This document shows, piece after piece, positions 14,501 through 27,664 of a DNA stretch of 64,000 nt (position 1 is the first letter of the stretch; each line of letters opens with the position of its first letter). The DNA lies in contig CP158636.1 of assembly GCA_050273025.1 (NCBI GenBank), positions 5,084,001-5,148,000 of the forward strand, given 5' to 3'. Below the pieces are notes generated by a model. The model saw only the letters and a list, made by a program, of their open reading frames with translations, ran no database searches and had not been told where the DNA came from. The translations under genes and the position numbers were made by a program. The DNA comes from Cenococcum geophilum (Eukaryota).

Positions 14501-16760
14501 TATTTGCGTCCTAATTATAGTCTATAAGTACAATTATAAAGCCAATTTGTAATAATAGGTCTTTATTATTAGTAAAGGATGCGTCCGTAAATACTAGTAG
14601 GCTAAAGGATTTTAGGTCTAGTAGTACAAAGGTAAGTCCCCTTACTGTATTATTAATTTGCTACTAAATGCGCTTATTAAGCTGCTTAATATTTTCTTCT
14701 TATAGGTCTATTGCCTGGGCCGTAAAGGATAAGTTATAGGCAGATTTGGGTTAGCAGACTGTGGCAATATAGGCGCCTCTTACACGCTATGCAGCGTATT
14801 AGTCCTTTATATTTACGGTCTTACGGGTCTCTCTGCGGGAACTAGTAAGGTTTATAGGCTTTACTATAATAGGCTTTAGGTTTTAAGCTTAGCGTTCCTA
14901 AGTTAGCTTAATTAGGTTGCCCTTTTATATAATTAAGCCTCTATTAAACTTAATTAGAGTCTACTTAGTTAACTACTCTCGCGGCTTTACTAAGAACTTT
15001 ACCTTTTATAGTTTCGTTTCTTTAGTGTCCGCAAAGGTCTAATCTGCTAGGAAGAGGGTATTGTCTATTTAAAGTCTAACAATACTAAGGCCGTTTAATG
15101 GGCTATATAGGAGGTAGGGGTTATAGGTTGACTATTCCATTTTAAGTTTACTAACGTAATACTAGTAGTATATCTTAAACTAGTAGTTTCTAGCTTCTAA
15201 TACTCTGTAGAGAGGTTTTATAACCTATTAAATTATTCCTAGTTATAGGTTAAGCTCGTAGGGTAGTCGTATAAAGATATCTCTGCTTAGGTAGGTATTA
15301 GACTGTATATAGGCTTACGAGATATCCCGTAAGTAGAGGGCTACGGGTTTAGTTTACTGTAGTCCAGGCGTAAGTATAAGTATAATCCGTTAATTAACTC
15401 GTTAAATTATAGGCGATTGCGTAAGGACTAGGTCCTTTCCCTAGTCGTTATAAGCTTATACAATAAGCCTTAATTTCTTAAAAGCTTTATTAGTACTAGG
15501 GTGCTTAATCTCGTTAATAAAGCGTGAGTTAAATATACGGACGCCTTGCGGAATATCTTTTTCCGTTATAACTATAAAGATACCCTTTTTAAGTAGTCCG
15601 TTAATCTCTTTACGTTATAAGTCCGTAAACGGGGTTTCCTATACTAGAACTAATATATCTATAGGCGGAGATTGTCTTGCGGATATTCCTGCGGAGGTTA
15701 GGTAATTCTTTATTATAGGGTTCTTAGTTACGGGGTGCTTTCGGAGGCGTCCTTAACTACGCTTTATAGTAGGTTTAGTAGGTTTAGTAGATTTCTAGGG
15801 GACTTCTAGGGTAGGCAAGGGTGCTTCTAGTTCGTTTAATTTGGCAGTCGCTTCTAGTTTATCTAGTTTGGCGGTTGCTTCTAGTTTATCTAGCTTAATA
15901 TTATAGGTGTTTTTAGGCCGAAAGTAGGGTTTTACGGACGTGCTTTTAAAGCTAGTTAGCCCGCTAGGAAGCTATACGCAGCATATCTCGTTTTCTACGG
16001 CTAGTAGATAATAGGGTCCATTCTAGCTGCCGCTTTTACGCTATATAAGGACTTTAGAGTTAAGCAGGAGGTTATATACTAAGGTTGTATTAGGTCCGTT
16101 ACGGTAGTATAGGGCGTTATTAACAGTTTGTTTGGTCCGTAATTTAACTATTTCGGCTATTACCTTCCGTATTATAGCTGCTCGTTCCGTAATAGATGGG
16201 GTAGGAGGGCCTAGGTTACTTATTCTTAGGTAGGCTCTATAAACTAAGAGGGTAGGTACTAGTCCGTTAGGGCTAGCGGTATTATTAATAGCTTTTACGG
16301 CCATCTGTAAAGCTAGTTCCTTTTAGATATCCTTATACTCGTCTATAATAATCTAATAAGCTCTCTATAAAGCTAGGTAAGCTTACTTAATAAGCCTAAC
16401 GGACTAGTACGCCTTAACTAGAACGGCTTTTATTAAAATAGCTATAGCTATAGCGTACTATTGGAATTCTTTACTAATAAAGTTCCTACTAGCGTTGTAG
16501 GTGATATACTTAGGGGGTTTAACGTATATATTAATCCAGCAGGTCCGTAAAATGTCCTAAGTGTATTTTATGGATATATTTTGCAACTAATAGGCGGCTT
16601 AATAGCGGGTTGCCTTGTTAATTATATATAATACTAGACTGCCGTTAATATACATAATATCTACGTATACTAAGTGGTTAAAGTTAAGGTCCTTATAAAG
16701 GGTAAACTTAAATCGGCCTAGGGAACGTCCGTATTTCTGGCAAAAGGAGCAGTATTTAGT

Positions 16761-17769
16761 AGTAGTAATTCTTAATTAACGTCTGATACGGATCCTATCT
16801 AGGCCTACGCAGACTACTCCGTTATAGGGGGAAAACTTATAATTTATAGGAAGAAAACCCTGCAGTTTAGGGGAGAAAAAACCCTATAAGCCACCTTAGT
16901 AGGATAAAAAACCCTAGTTTGCCATGTTTGTCCATAGCGGCGGCCCTACGGGCCTATGGCTACGTCTTATCCTCCTTAGATGTTTAAACTCCTTAGGAAC
17001 TACTGCTTCCTTCTCTAGCTTATCCTAGCTAGGGTTTACTATATCCTAGCTAGGCCTTGCCATTTGATTGCTGTATACTTATAGTTATATTCCATATTTT
17101 AACTACCCCCTATATGCCATCTCTTGTTAACTATTACTATATACGCCATGCCTCCCCCCCCCTAAGGCCTATTAAAGGCGTAAGGGGGATTTATCTATAA
17201 ACTACTATACTAAAAGGTAAGCGGGACGTGTATACCTAAGTATCTTTTATGCCTAGGCCCTAGTCACTAGGCCCTCGCTAAGGGTTACTACTCCTTAAGA
17301 GGAGATAGGAAAACTATATGGTGTTATTTAGGCTGCTAGGTAGTATTTAATAGTTAATGGTAAGTAACTATATACTCCGCGGGCAATTGCCTTAGGGGTT
17401 AGGAGGAGCCGTATATTTACTTATTACTCGCTTATAATTGCTTGTTTATTAATATAAGAGGTTATTAATACTCTTTACTAGAGGTTAGGGGATGTTATTA
17501 AATGCCGTATATCTATATTGGATTATATAGGTACCTTAATAGGAGAATAGTGTTGTTATTATTGCTGTAAGGGGCACTTAGTGGTTATTTTTGAGATCTT
17601 ACTATCTTATATAAAAACTTTTTACTACCGCCCATAATACCTATAACCACTACCACTAGGTCGTATCGCACGCTATACAACGTCTCTACGTTGGCTCTAA
17701 GTCTGAACTTCAAAGACTTAGGTTCGTAGCCGTCACCATATATAGGTGCAGAGTCCGTTTTCAACGGCC
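16761..17769 (-). mobile_element. ~1-kb retroposed insertion (5'-truncated LINE or SINE-like)
   Basis: It interrupts the Copia frame AINYLTKY|CSFCQKYGRS. It is flanked by direct repeat AGTATTTAGT (16751-16760, 17773-17782; ~13 bp allowing one RIP change). The left end (AGT)n is a (TAC)n-like tail on the minus strand. Confidence 0.6.
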
Positions 17770-17927
17770 AGTAGTATTTAGTTAGGTAGTTAATTGCCTT
17801 CCTATTAACGTTATTATGTCTAGAGCGTTTAAGGACTCTATATAGCTTTTCGGCTAATAGGTGGCCAAAACGGCGGTATAGGCGGTGGATTTTAGTACTA
17901 GTAAGGTAGTATAGGTTATAGTTAAAA

Positions 17928-20900
17928 TATAACGAAGCCTTATAGCAGGAACTACAGTGGACTTATTAATGGGCTAGGTATATAGGTAAATAAGAAGTCA
18001 ACAATGTAATAATAACTAGTGGAGTGGTTGCCTAATAGATTAACTCTAATTATATTCTAAGATTTACTATAAAGGAGAGAACTATTTAAGTAGGGACTGT
18101 AGTCCTTTAAATACACAACTATACTCCTAAGAAATCCCCTTAGTACGTAAGGTACGTATGCTCTATTTACTTTATTATAGATTATATAGATTTTTTAGAT
18201 TATATAGATTACGTTATATAACCTTAGTTACTATTCCTCGTTATATAGCTCTATCGGCTCCATCTTAGACCGTGCTTAAATTAACTAACTAGCTTCTTCT
18301 GTCTCTTCTCTAAGTAGTTATAATATTGTACTTAAAGCGTCCGTAACACTATCTCCCTCCTTTTTATCTTTATTCTTAAAGATTCTAAATATCTCTAAGT
18401 CGTTTACTAGAGATATAATATCCGTCTAATTAATTTGGTTAATATCTTTACTTATTATACTAAAGGCTCCTCCTTCTTTATCTACAGCTCGTCGGTCTTA
18501 TACCGTTACTGCGATATTATCTCTTAGTAAGATTATACCGTCTCCATATTCTCATTATTTAAAAGAGGGGTTAGTTTATATTACGTTAGCGAGTCTATCT
18601 TCTTAATAACTGTTTTCTTACTTAGAGTGCACTAAAGCAAATATTTATTTATCCTATAACGTTTACTCTATCTCTAATACTAAATATATACAACCTATTA
18701 CTTTTAATAGTCGTCTAGTTCCTTATCTAATTTATCTTAAGGTTTTGTATTTAATTTACTGCTGCTTAGCTAGATAATAAACTGTCTATTACCCTTACGG
18801 AACTACGTTATTCTTATAATACTAAATAAGAGGCTACTAAAGCTTAGCAAAGAGCCCTTAATTCTCATCTTACTACGTCTACTCGGTTAATCCGTCTTAA
18901 GAAGGTTTATAAGAAGGTTTGTTTTAAGGAGTAGAAACTTATAAAATAAGGTTTATAGGAACTTAATAATAAAAGAACGGATTCTCTTCTAATAGAGAAG
19001 GAAATAGATCTAAATAGCTCGGCAACTACTCTTCTTAGGTCCCCTTTAGATGACTTATTCTTTAGCAATCCTTTTTTATTAATACTACTTAACCTAATTT
19101 CTTCTAATACTCCTATACCTTTCTTATAGCGTTCTTTAAATTCTCTAGTAGCTCCCAGGTAGTCTTATTATAGCCTATCCACTTAACCTTATACTATATT
19201 TTATTGTCAACGTCCTTATAACTAATGATCTTTAAAACTTACTATTTGTCTTCCTCTTGTCCTCTATATATATCTACTTCGTAAACTAGTAGCTTAATAT
19301 TTCTGTGTGCTAGCTTTAGCATTATAATATACTATATAGGGTAGATCTTTATCTTAGCTAGTAGGTTTAACTTAAACGTAACCAGTAAAATTCTTTATGT
19401 AATTTTAAAAGGTCCTAATCTAACGTGGTCTAACTTCTTACTTAGCCGTTAACTCTTAAAATTTTTGTATAGTAGCTATACTTTATCTCCCTCCTTAAGA
19501 TCTAGTCCCTTAGATCTCTTAGCATTATAATACTTTTTTATTCTCTCTTATATTTTCTTTACTAATTCCATAAGGTTTATATAAAGGTTTATTAACATCT
19601 TTATTCTTTCTTTAGCTATACTACTCGTTTTCTTCGCTTATTATAGTAACAATAATATCCTTAGCTTATATCTATAATTTGCCTTAAATAGTAATGTGCC
19701 TATTCCTTTCTATAGTGTTATATTATATATAAACTATATAACTAATAATAGCAATACCTAATTATTCTATATATAATTAATATAATGTCTTAAATACTAC
19801 TCTAGCGTCTAATTTAATCTTTCCGTTTAACTATCTGTCTGTGGATAATATGCGGTAGAAGTTACTACTTAAACTCCTTACTCCGCTAAGAATACCTCCT
19901 AGAATACTGCTACGAATCTTAAATCTCTATCCAATATAATCTTATTTAGTACTCTATATCTTATAAATACTTCTTTAATATAGATTCTAGCAACATCTTC
20001 CGCTAAGATTTCTTCTATATATGCTATAAAGTATCCCCACTTCGTAAGCTTATCTACTATTACTAAGATTATGTCGTGATTTTGTCTGGTAATAGGATCT
20101 CTTAACTTTAATAACTTAATAATAAAGTCCTATAATATAACCTCCTATAGTCTTTCTAGTATTTTAATAGGTTGTAGCCCTCTATATAGCTTATGCCTCG
20201 TTAGTTTATTCCTTTAGCAATCTAGATACTTTTTTATTACTTTTCTTACGATATTCTAGATTCCGTTAATAATATACTCTTCCTAAAGTCTTAACACTAA
20301 GCCTATTACTCTATTATGTCCTTAAGTTATTCCCTTATAGAAATCTTCTATAAAAATGCTCTACTATACTTTTTAGGATATACTTCGCTTCTTAATTTTT
20401 ATATATATCCATCTATGGATCTTCTAGCTATACTTCTAGAATTCTCTATACCTAAAAGCTCTTTAGTATCTTATAGACTCTTCCTAGTTTATTATCTTCT
20501 TAAGTTGCTACTAGTTTAGGGTAATTATATCTAATTAATCTATCCTTATCTCTGCGTAGCATTGCTCTTAATAGTTTCTCATTATTTTATAGTTTAGCTT
20601 TTCTACTAAGTGCATCTACTCTTGCATTTTTAGTTCCTTTAGTATACTAAATCTTAAAATAGTATTCTATAAGCATCTTTGCCTATCTAACTTATCTTTA
20701 ATTAAGTTCTTTTATTGTTAGGAACCCTATTAGGTTTTTATAATCCGTCTTAACTATAAATAGTTTCTTCGCGCCTTATAAGAATACTCTCTATTCCTTA
20801 AGTGCTATAACTATACCTAATAACTCCTTATTATAAACGTTATAGTTTAACTCTAGTAGTGTTATCTTTCCACTATAGTATGCTACTAGATGCTATACGT

Positions 20901-23900
20901 CCTTATGCTTCTGTAGCAAGTATACTTCTAATATATAGTTTAATACGTCCGTTTTTACAACCGTATCTAGTCCTAGTTAATAGATTTTAAGAATTGGCTC
21001 CTAGGTAAATAACTCCTTAAGTTCTTTAAATAACTTCTTTTACTCGTCTCCCTATACCTATAGTTCCTCTTTCTTTATAAGCCTAGTAAACGGTTTAATA
21101 TTCTTTAACTATTGTGTTATAAACCTTCTATAGTAGTTGCAAAACCCTAAAAATAACCTTAACTGTGTTATATTCTCTAGTTCTTACCAACTTACTATAG
21201 CTTTAATCTTCTTTAGGTCTATACTAATATGACCTAGTTTAATAATAAATCTAACGAAATCGGTCTTCCTAGTAAAAAAACTCGTATTTCTCAATTACTA
21301 CTAGCATCTATTCTTCTTGTAGTCTCTTTAAGCTCGGGCCCCCCGAACTCGGCGACCCCCTAAACTCGGCGACCCAACCAAACTTAAACTACCAATTTGT
21401 CAACCTATTTTCTCCACAACGAATCGATTAATATGGACAAAAATAAGCAGAACATATAAATGGCCATCGTAGATTTCAAATCTGGTGTTTATAAGTATGC
21501 GCGAAAAGCTATACTTGTATACGGTATTCCTTTATCAATTTTAAGCGACTAATTAAATGGCAGGCTTTTATAACAATTTACACGCCAATATAAATAGCAA
21601 TTAACTCCTATATAGTAGGCCTTCCTTACTAATTGGGTACTTAAATAGGATTTATAAAAAATATTCCTATTATATACGTAATTATGAAAAAATAATAGCT
21701 TAGGTCTTTAGTTAGGGTAGTAATATTAAGCCCCTTAGTAAAATATAGGTAATTAGCTACTTTAAATAAAATCTTTATATAAAATCTATATATACCTAAT
21801 TAATAGAAGGTATATAAATTAATAGGGTATAACTAAAGTAAATTTAAAAGTTTTATAGCCTTTATAAAAGGCTGTAAAAAAGGTTAATATATAGCCAAAA
21901 AAACACCTTAAATTTAGACAAATTTAGAGTTATATTAAGTATATATATAAATTTAATTACTATAGGATATATCTTTAGAAAAAGTTATTTATAAAGTTAT
22001 TTAATAGTTATAAATAGGTATTTATTATAAAGACAATATTTACCCTTAGCTAGATCATTTATTTTAAAGGAATATACCCCTAATTAATATAAGTATACTA
22101 AAGTAAAGTACTTTATTAAATATATATAACGTAAAAGAATAGTTAAATATTGAATTATATTATATTTAGGCTATTTATTATCATTTTTTATACTAAAAAC
22201 TAAATTATTTAGTAATAAAGCTTAATTATATTTCCTTAATAGCTAGATAGGCCATAATATGGTTAGATTTTTATTAAAATATAAAATATATAATATATAG
22301 CTTATTTTTTATTACTTTATTTAATATTATAACCCTTAAATCTATTTTATTCCTCCTCTGTTAAGTTAAGATATTTTTAGTCAATTATAAAGTATATATA
22401 TCTTAATTATATAGGTCTAATTATAAAGTATTATTTTATTAAGTATTACTATAATACCTAAAAGAAGGCCTTATAACAAAAATAATTAAATTTAGCTAGT
22501 ATATCTTTAGTATTTACTTATAAAATCTATATAAAGGCTATAAATCTTTTTAGGTTAATAATAAGGCTTTAATAATAGGATTAAGCTTTAAATAAGCTAA
22601 TAGTAAGTAATTTAATATTATAACGACCCTAAAGATGCCTTATAATATAATTAAGTAGCTTAAGGCCTTTACAATAAGTATATACTTAATTAAAAGACTT
22701 AGTCGCTTTTATAAAAAATAAGTTAACAACTTTAGAGAGTTATTATAAAGGCTATATATATAGACGCTTAAATATATAGCTTTTAATTATGACTTAAAGA
22801 CCTTAAAAGTCTAAAATTTTATAAATAGATAATGTTAGATCTAAATATAATATTAAAATATATAGATTTAATTCACTAAGCTATAGTGGAGGCAAAGGGG
22901 AAAAGGGCTGAAATAAAGGTAAAGCAGCTAAAATTAAGGCTTTAAAATGCGCTAGATAGAAAGCCCGAGGTCAATATACTAAATAGTATATAAGAGCAAA
23001 TAATCGATTTGATTTCGTTAAGTGTAAATAGCTTCCAAAGTGGTGTGGCCGATTTGGTGGGGTAAACGAGTTCGGGGGGTAACCAAGTTCGGGGGGTCCA
23101 AGCTTAAGACCTATTTAACGTGTTCCCCGTATTCTTCCTTAGTTATTAAGTAGATAATAATATTATCAAGGTATACTATAACAAACTTATTAAGGTGTTC
23201 CCCTAACACACTATTAATTTGTTTTTAAAACGTAGCTAGTATATTTATTAATCCAAATTGCATTACCAATGGTTTATATAGTCCTTCTCTTAATCTAAAG
23301 GCTGCCTTCTATTTATTGCCTTCCTTAATTCTAATTTAATAGTACGCCCATCTTAGATCTATCTTTATAAAGATTTACACATTACTTATCCAATCCTAGA
23401 TTTTACTAATTAAGGGTAAAAGATACCTATCCTTCCGAGTAATGCTGTTTAACTATTTATAGTTAATATATAACCTAAGCTTTCTATTTTTCTTTAGTAT
23501 AAATAGTACTAGATATCCTACTAATAACTGCAATGGTCTAATATATCCCTTTTATAAGTTTTCCTAGATAAACTCTTTAAGTGCGCTTAACTCCTCTTAA
23601 GTAAGCTTATAGATTGGAAAGAACCTTAAACTTGTTCCTAGTTCTAATTCTATCTTATAGTCCTATGCTATATAATTTACTAGCTTTTTATTTTCCGGTA
23701 ACCATAGTTTCTTGCTATATTTATAGTATCTCTTTAGTATATAACCTAAGCTTTACTTAGTTTCTTTATATGTCGCTCTAACTTAATACTATACTAACTT
23801 AGTTTACTATTATATCTTACGGCGTTAAGTATCTCTAATATTAACCTAACCTGTAATCCAATTAATCCTTAGATTGTATTCCTGTAACTAAGGCATACCT

Positions 23901-26900
23901 AATACTACCTCGTCCCGTCCTAATGGTAGGATATTAAAAAACATCTTAATTTATCTTCCTTTAATGGTTATCTAAATAGGTCCTATTTTAAGATTAATAA
24001 TCCCTCCTCTATAGGCTATTAGATCTCCTAAAATCGTAACTAATAGGTAAGGTTATTCCTTCTATCTATAAGGTAATCCTATTTTCTTAACTACTATTAG
24101 TAAAATATAGTTCCGCGTTACTCCACTATCTATTAGCGCTTTAAACTGCTAATCTTACTAATTAACTCTTAAATTTAGGTATTATCCTTAAATTCCTTTA
24201 AGGGTCTAAGGCTCTACTACTAGCTCCCTCTGGTTCTATAGGCCTCTACTTTTCCTAACTATTAGCTGCTTAATCTTATTATACTTAGCTTACTCTTTAG
24301 CCAATATCTAGTTCGCTTTTTATTTTTAATATACTATAGATATATATTCTCTAGGCATTCCCACTACTATTATCCGTCTAAGTATTCTTCCGTAAGGAAT
24401 CTTCCTGACTAAAGTATTAAATCTCCTTTCTCTTAGACTTTTACTAGATGCTATCCGTGTATATACTTAGTATTCCTATACTATTACTTATCCGTTATCT
24501 AGTATATCCTTATAGGGTATTTCCGATTCTTTTCCTTTAGATTCTTATATATCTTATATATATCGTCTATATATATAATCTATAATAGCGTATAGTGCGC
24601 TAGGTGCTTTAGGTTAACTCTTAACTCGTCTTTATCCTTAAGTTTAAACCTTTATTATACTAATCTAAACGTTATAACTTTGTTCGCGGGTACTAAGATA
24701 CGTCTCTTACTTCTCTAGTCCTCTAATTATTTCTCTAGATCCTTTAATATTATAATTAAGGCTCCTTTAATATAAGTTATGGCCTTTTCTATAATTAGGT
24801 GGTCCTAGATAACTTTTTCATTCAACTATATATAGAAATCTTCCCACTTATTATTATGCCTTTGCCTATACCACTTTTAGTACAGCTGCTGGAGTATATA
24901 CGGCTTATCCGTAAGGAAGTATCTTCTTATTACTATGTTATAACAGCCTTTTATATGTCGTTCTTTAAACCTAATAGGGATCCCTAAATCCTCTTTATTT
25001 TCTAGTTCAGTAAGCCACTTAGCTCTTAGTATACCTATTCTCGGCCTATTAGTAATTCTTTATACTAGCGCTTTGTCCTTTATACGTCCTAATATGCTAG
25101 ATCTCTTATCTAGTTTCTGGTTTTACTATGCGATAATTCTTTATCTAAATTCCTCTATAGTTTCTTTTGGTTTACGTCTTACTCTTAAATCCTTAAAGTT
25201 TTCCTACTTTTTAATCTTGGTATTAACATTTTAATCTTTAGGTCTAACACTATATTCGCCTAGTAAGTCTTCTAGGTCTATATATCTGTCTCCCAGTCTA
25301 GTTACTGTTTATACTATAGATTCTCTAATCTATAGTAAAGCCTCTTGCTTTTTATTCGTGGGTATCCTTATTTATACTCCGAATTCTTAGCCCTATAGGA
25401 TTCTCGATCCTAAGCTTGCTTTTATCTTAAGCTTTACTCCAGCCTTAGTCTAACTAGGCTTGCTTAGTGTTCTCATCTTATCTTAAAAGTCTTAAATCTT
25501 ACTTATCTTATCTTAAGAATCTTATGCCTATAGGAAACTCTGTCCCGAGCTTATTTATATGTCTTTAAACTAAGCTATTGCTTAACTTTATCGGTTATCG
25601 TCTGTTATGGGTCCTTAAGCTTACCTTATCTCGTCTTAAGAATCTTAGTCGTCTTATATTTCGTCTTAAGAATCTTAAGCCTGTGGCCTTTTGCCTTTAT
25701 TAAGTGCCAAAGTGGTTTACTGTCCTACTTCTCTTACGTCTTACGAAGCGATAAACACCGTATCTAGTAGGGTCTTAATCCCTACTAATATTCCCTATTC
25801 TGTAGTGGAATTATCCTCTGCCTCTAGTATAATATCTCTAAGGTCTACTCGTTCCTAGTAAGCGGCCTTTATCGCCTTATCGTTATAGAATGTTTCGCCT
25901 ATATTAAATTTATCGTCCTTAATGTCCGATCTGCAAACTGGTTTATTAGTTCCTCTATATCCTGTAGGTTATAGCTCTTATAGCTAATAGCTTACGCCGT
26001 ACTTAGTGTCCTTATAAATTTGGTATACGTTATTATAATAAAACGCAAAACTTTTAATTAAACACTCTTTTGTTCCTTGCAGCATATTATCGTCCCTCTA
26101 TACGTATATATCGTCTACTAGTCTTATGCCTTTTACTATATAGTAACTCTACCCACTTCTATAGTCTCTAATATAATAACCCTATTTTCCGCAATTTATG
26201 CAAGCTCCCTTTTTAAACTATTTTTCTTACTAGAGTCCGCCTAAATGTCTTCTGCTATTAAGATCCCTAGTTTAGCCTCTGCTCCTTAAACCTTTAATTA
26301 CTTAATTCTTATTCTCTAAGTTTCCATAATTTCTTATTTTATTTCCTAGATTCTCTAGTACCACTTAGGTCTATTAGCTCTGCGCTATACTATAGTTTTT
26401 AATTTAGCTTTAGTTATTGCGTACTCTGCGCCTTATATAACTATAAAACTTTATCCTAGCCTCTCTTAGCCTGTTCCCTTTAGTAGATCTAATTGTTAAT
26501 CTTAATTACTTAATCTATTAGTTCCCTTAGGGTGTCCGTATCTTTTATTAGGATAATTACGTCCTAGACTTTAGCCTTAAGTCCTTACTTATACTATGCC
26601 ATAAGCGCCCTATTATTCTACTCTACTTATATTACTAACGTCTAAAACTATATTATATACTTAATTACTAAGGTTCGTTGCGTAATATCTTAGAGCTTTT
26701 TTTTCGCCGTAGTCGTTGCCTTTAGGTCTCCGAATATTTGTATAAGTTATTCCATAAATCCATTCTAGCTTAAGAATATAAACCGTACCTCTTAGTTAGT
26801 AGTCGTTATACCGTTTACTTGTATCTTTATAAGGTAAGGCTTAAACTATTTAAGTGCCCTTCCTATTAAAAACAGTCCTGCATATACTATTTAATCTATA

Positions 26901-27664
26901 GGTATTACTAGCTTTACTCCCTCCTGTGCTACCTTAAAGTGCATTTATATAAGAAATCCTTTAAGCTTTAATCTCTCTCCTAAGTACCTTTTAATTAATA
27001 GTAACTTTACCTTTACTGCGCCTATCCCATTAATCCTATTTTCTAATATCGCATTATTTTCTATTAACTAGTTAACTATCTCTTATAATTATCCGACCGT
27101 TATAGGTTGCTATAAGTTAGTATTTGCTATACTAGTGTCGTTACCTAACCTTAAAGTAGTTGCCGCCGTCAATAGCGTTATAGTAGCTGCTTTTAGTGGC
27201 ATATTGTTCGACTTTATTAATACTATAACTTTAGTAGTGAATATATAACGAAGCCTTATAGTAGGAACTACGGTAGACTTATTAATAGGCTAGGTATATA
27301 GGTAAATAAGAAGTTAACAACGTAATAATAACTGGTAGAGTAGTTACCTAATAGATTAACTCCAATTATATTCTAAGATTTACTATAAAGGAGAGAACTA
27401 TCTAGGTAGGGACTGTAGTCCTTTAAATACACAACCGTACTCCTAAGAAATCCCCTTAGTACGTAAGGTACGTATGCTCTGTCTACTCTGTTACGGATTA
27501 TACAGATCTTATAGATTATATAGATTACATTATGTGACCTCGGTTACCATTCCTCGTCACATAGCTCTATCGGCTCCATCCTAGACCGTGCTTAAATCAA
27601 CCAACTAGCTTCTTCCGTCTCTTCTCCAAGTAGTCGTAACATCGTACTTAAAGCGTCCGTAATA
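17928..27664 (-). mobile_element. Full-length Gypsy/chromovirus copy B (421-bp LTRs 17928-18348 and 27244-27664)
   Basis: Paired LTRs TATAACGAAGCC...GTCCGTAACA/ATA with TSD TAAAA (17923, 27665) and a polypurine tract next to 18349. The minus strand carries gag, protease (ALIDSGVTRN), RT (YLDNI), RNase H, integrase and chromodomain remnants. Confidence 0.92.
21331..23104 (+). mobile_element. Fot1/pogo-like (Tc1/mariner) DNA transposon, RIP-degraded transposase from 21433
   Basis: TIRs AGCTCGGGCCCCCCGAACT / AGTTCGGGGGGTCCAAGCT with TA TSD. The empty site TCTTTAAGACC is seen in the sister Gypsy near 62320. The N-terminus MDKNKQNI.MAIVDFKSGVYKYARKAILVYGIPLSILSD.LNG is a pogo-type HTH. Confidence 0.88.
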
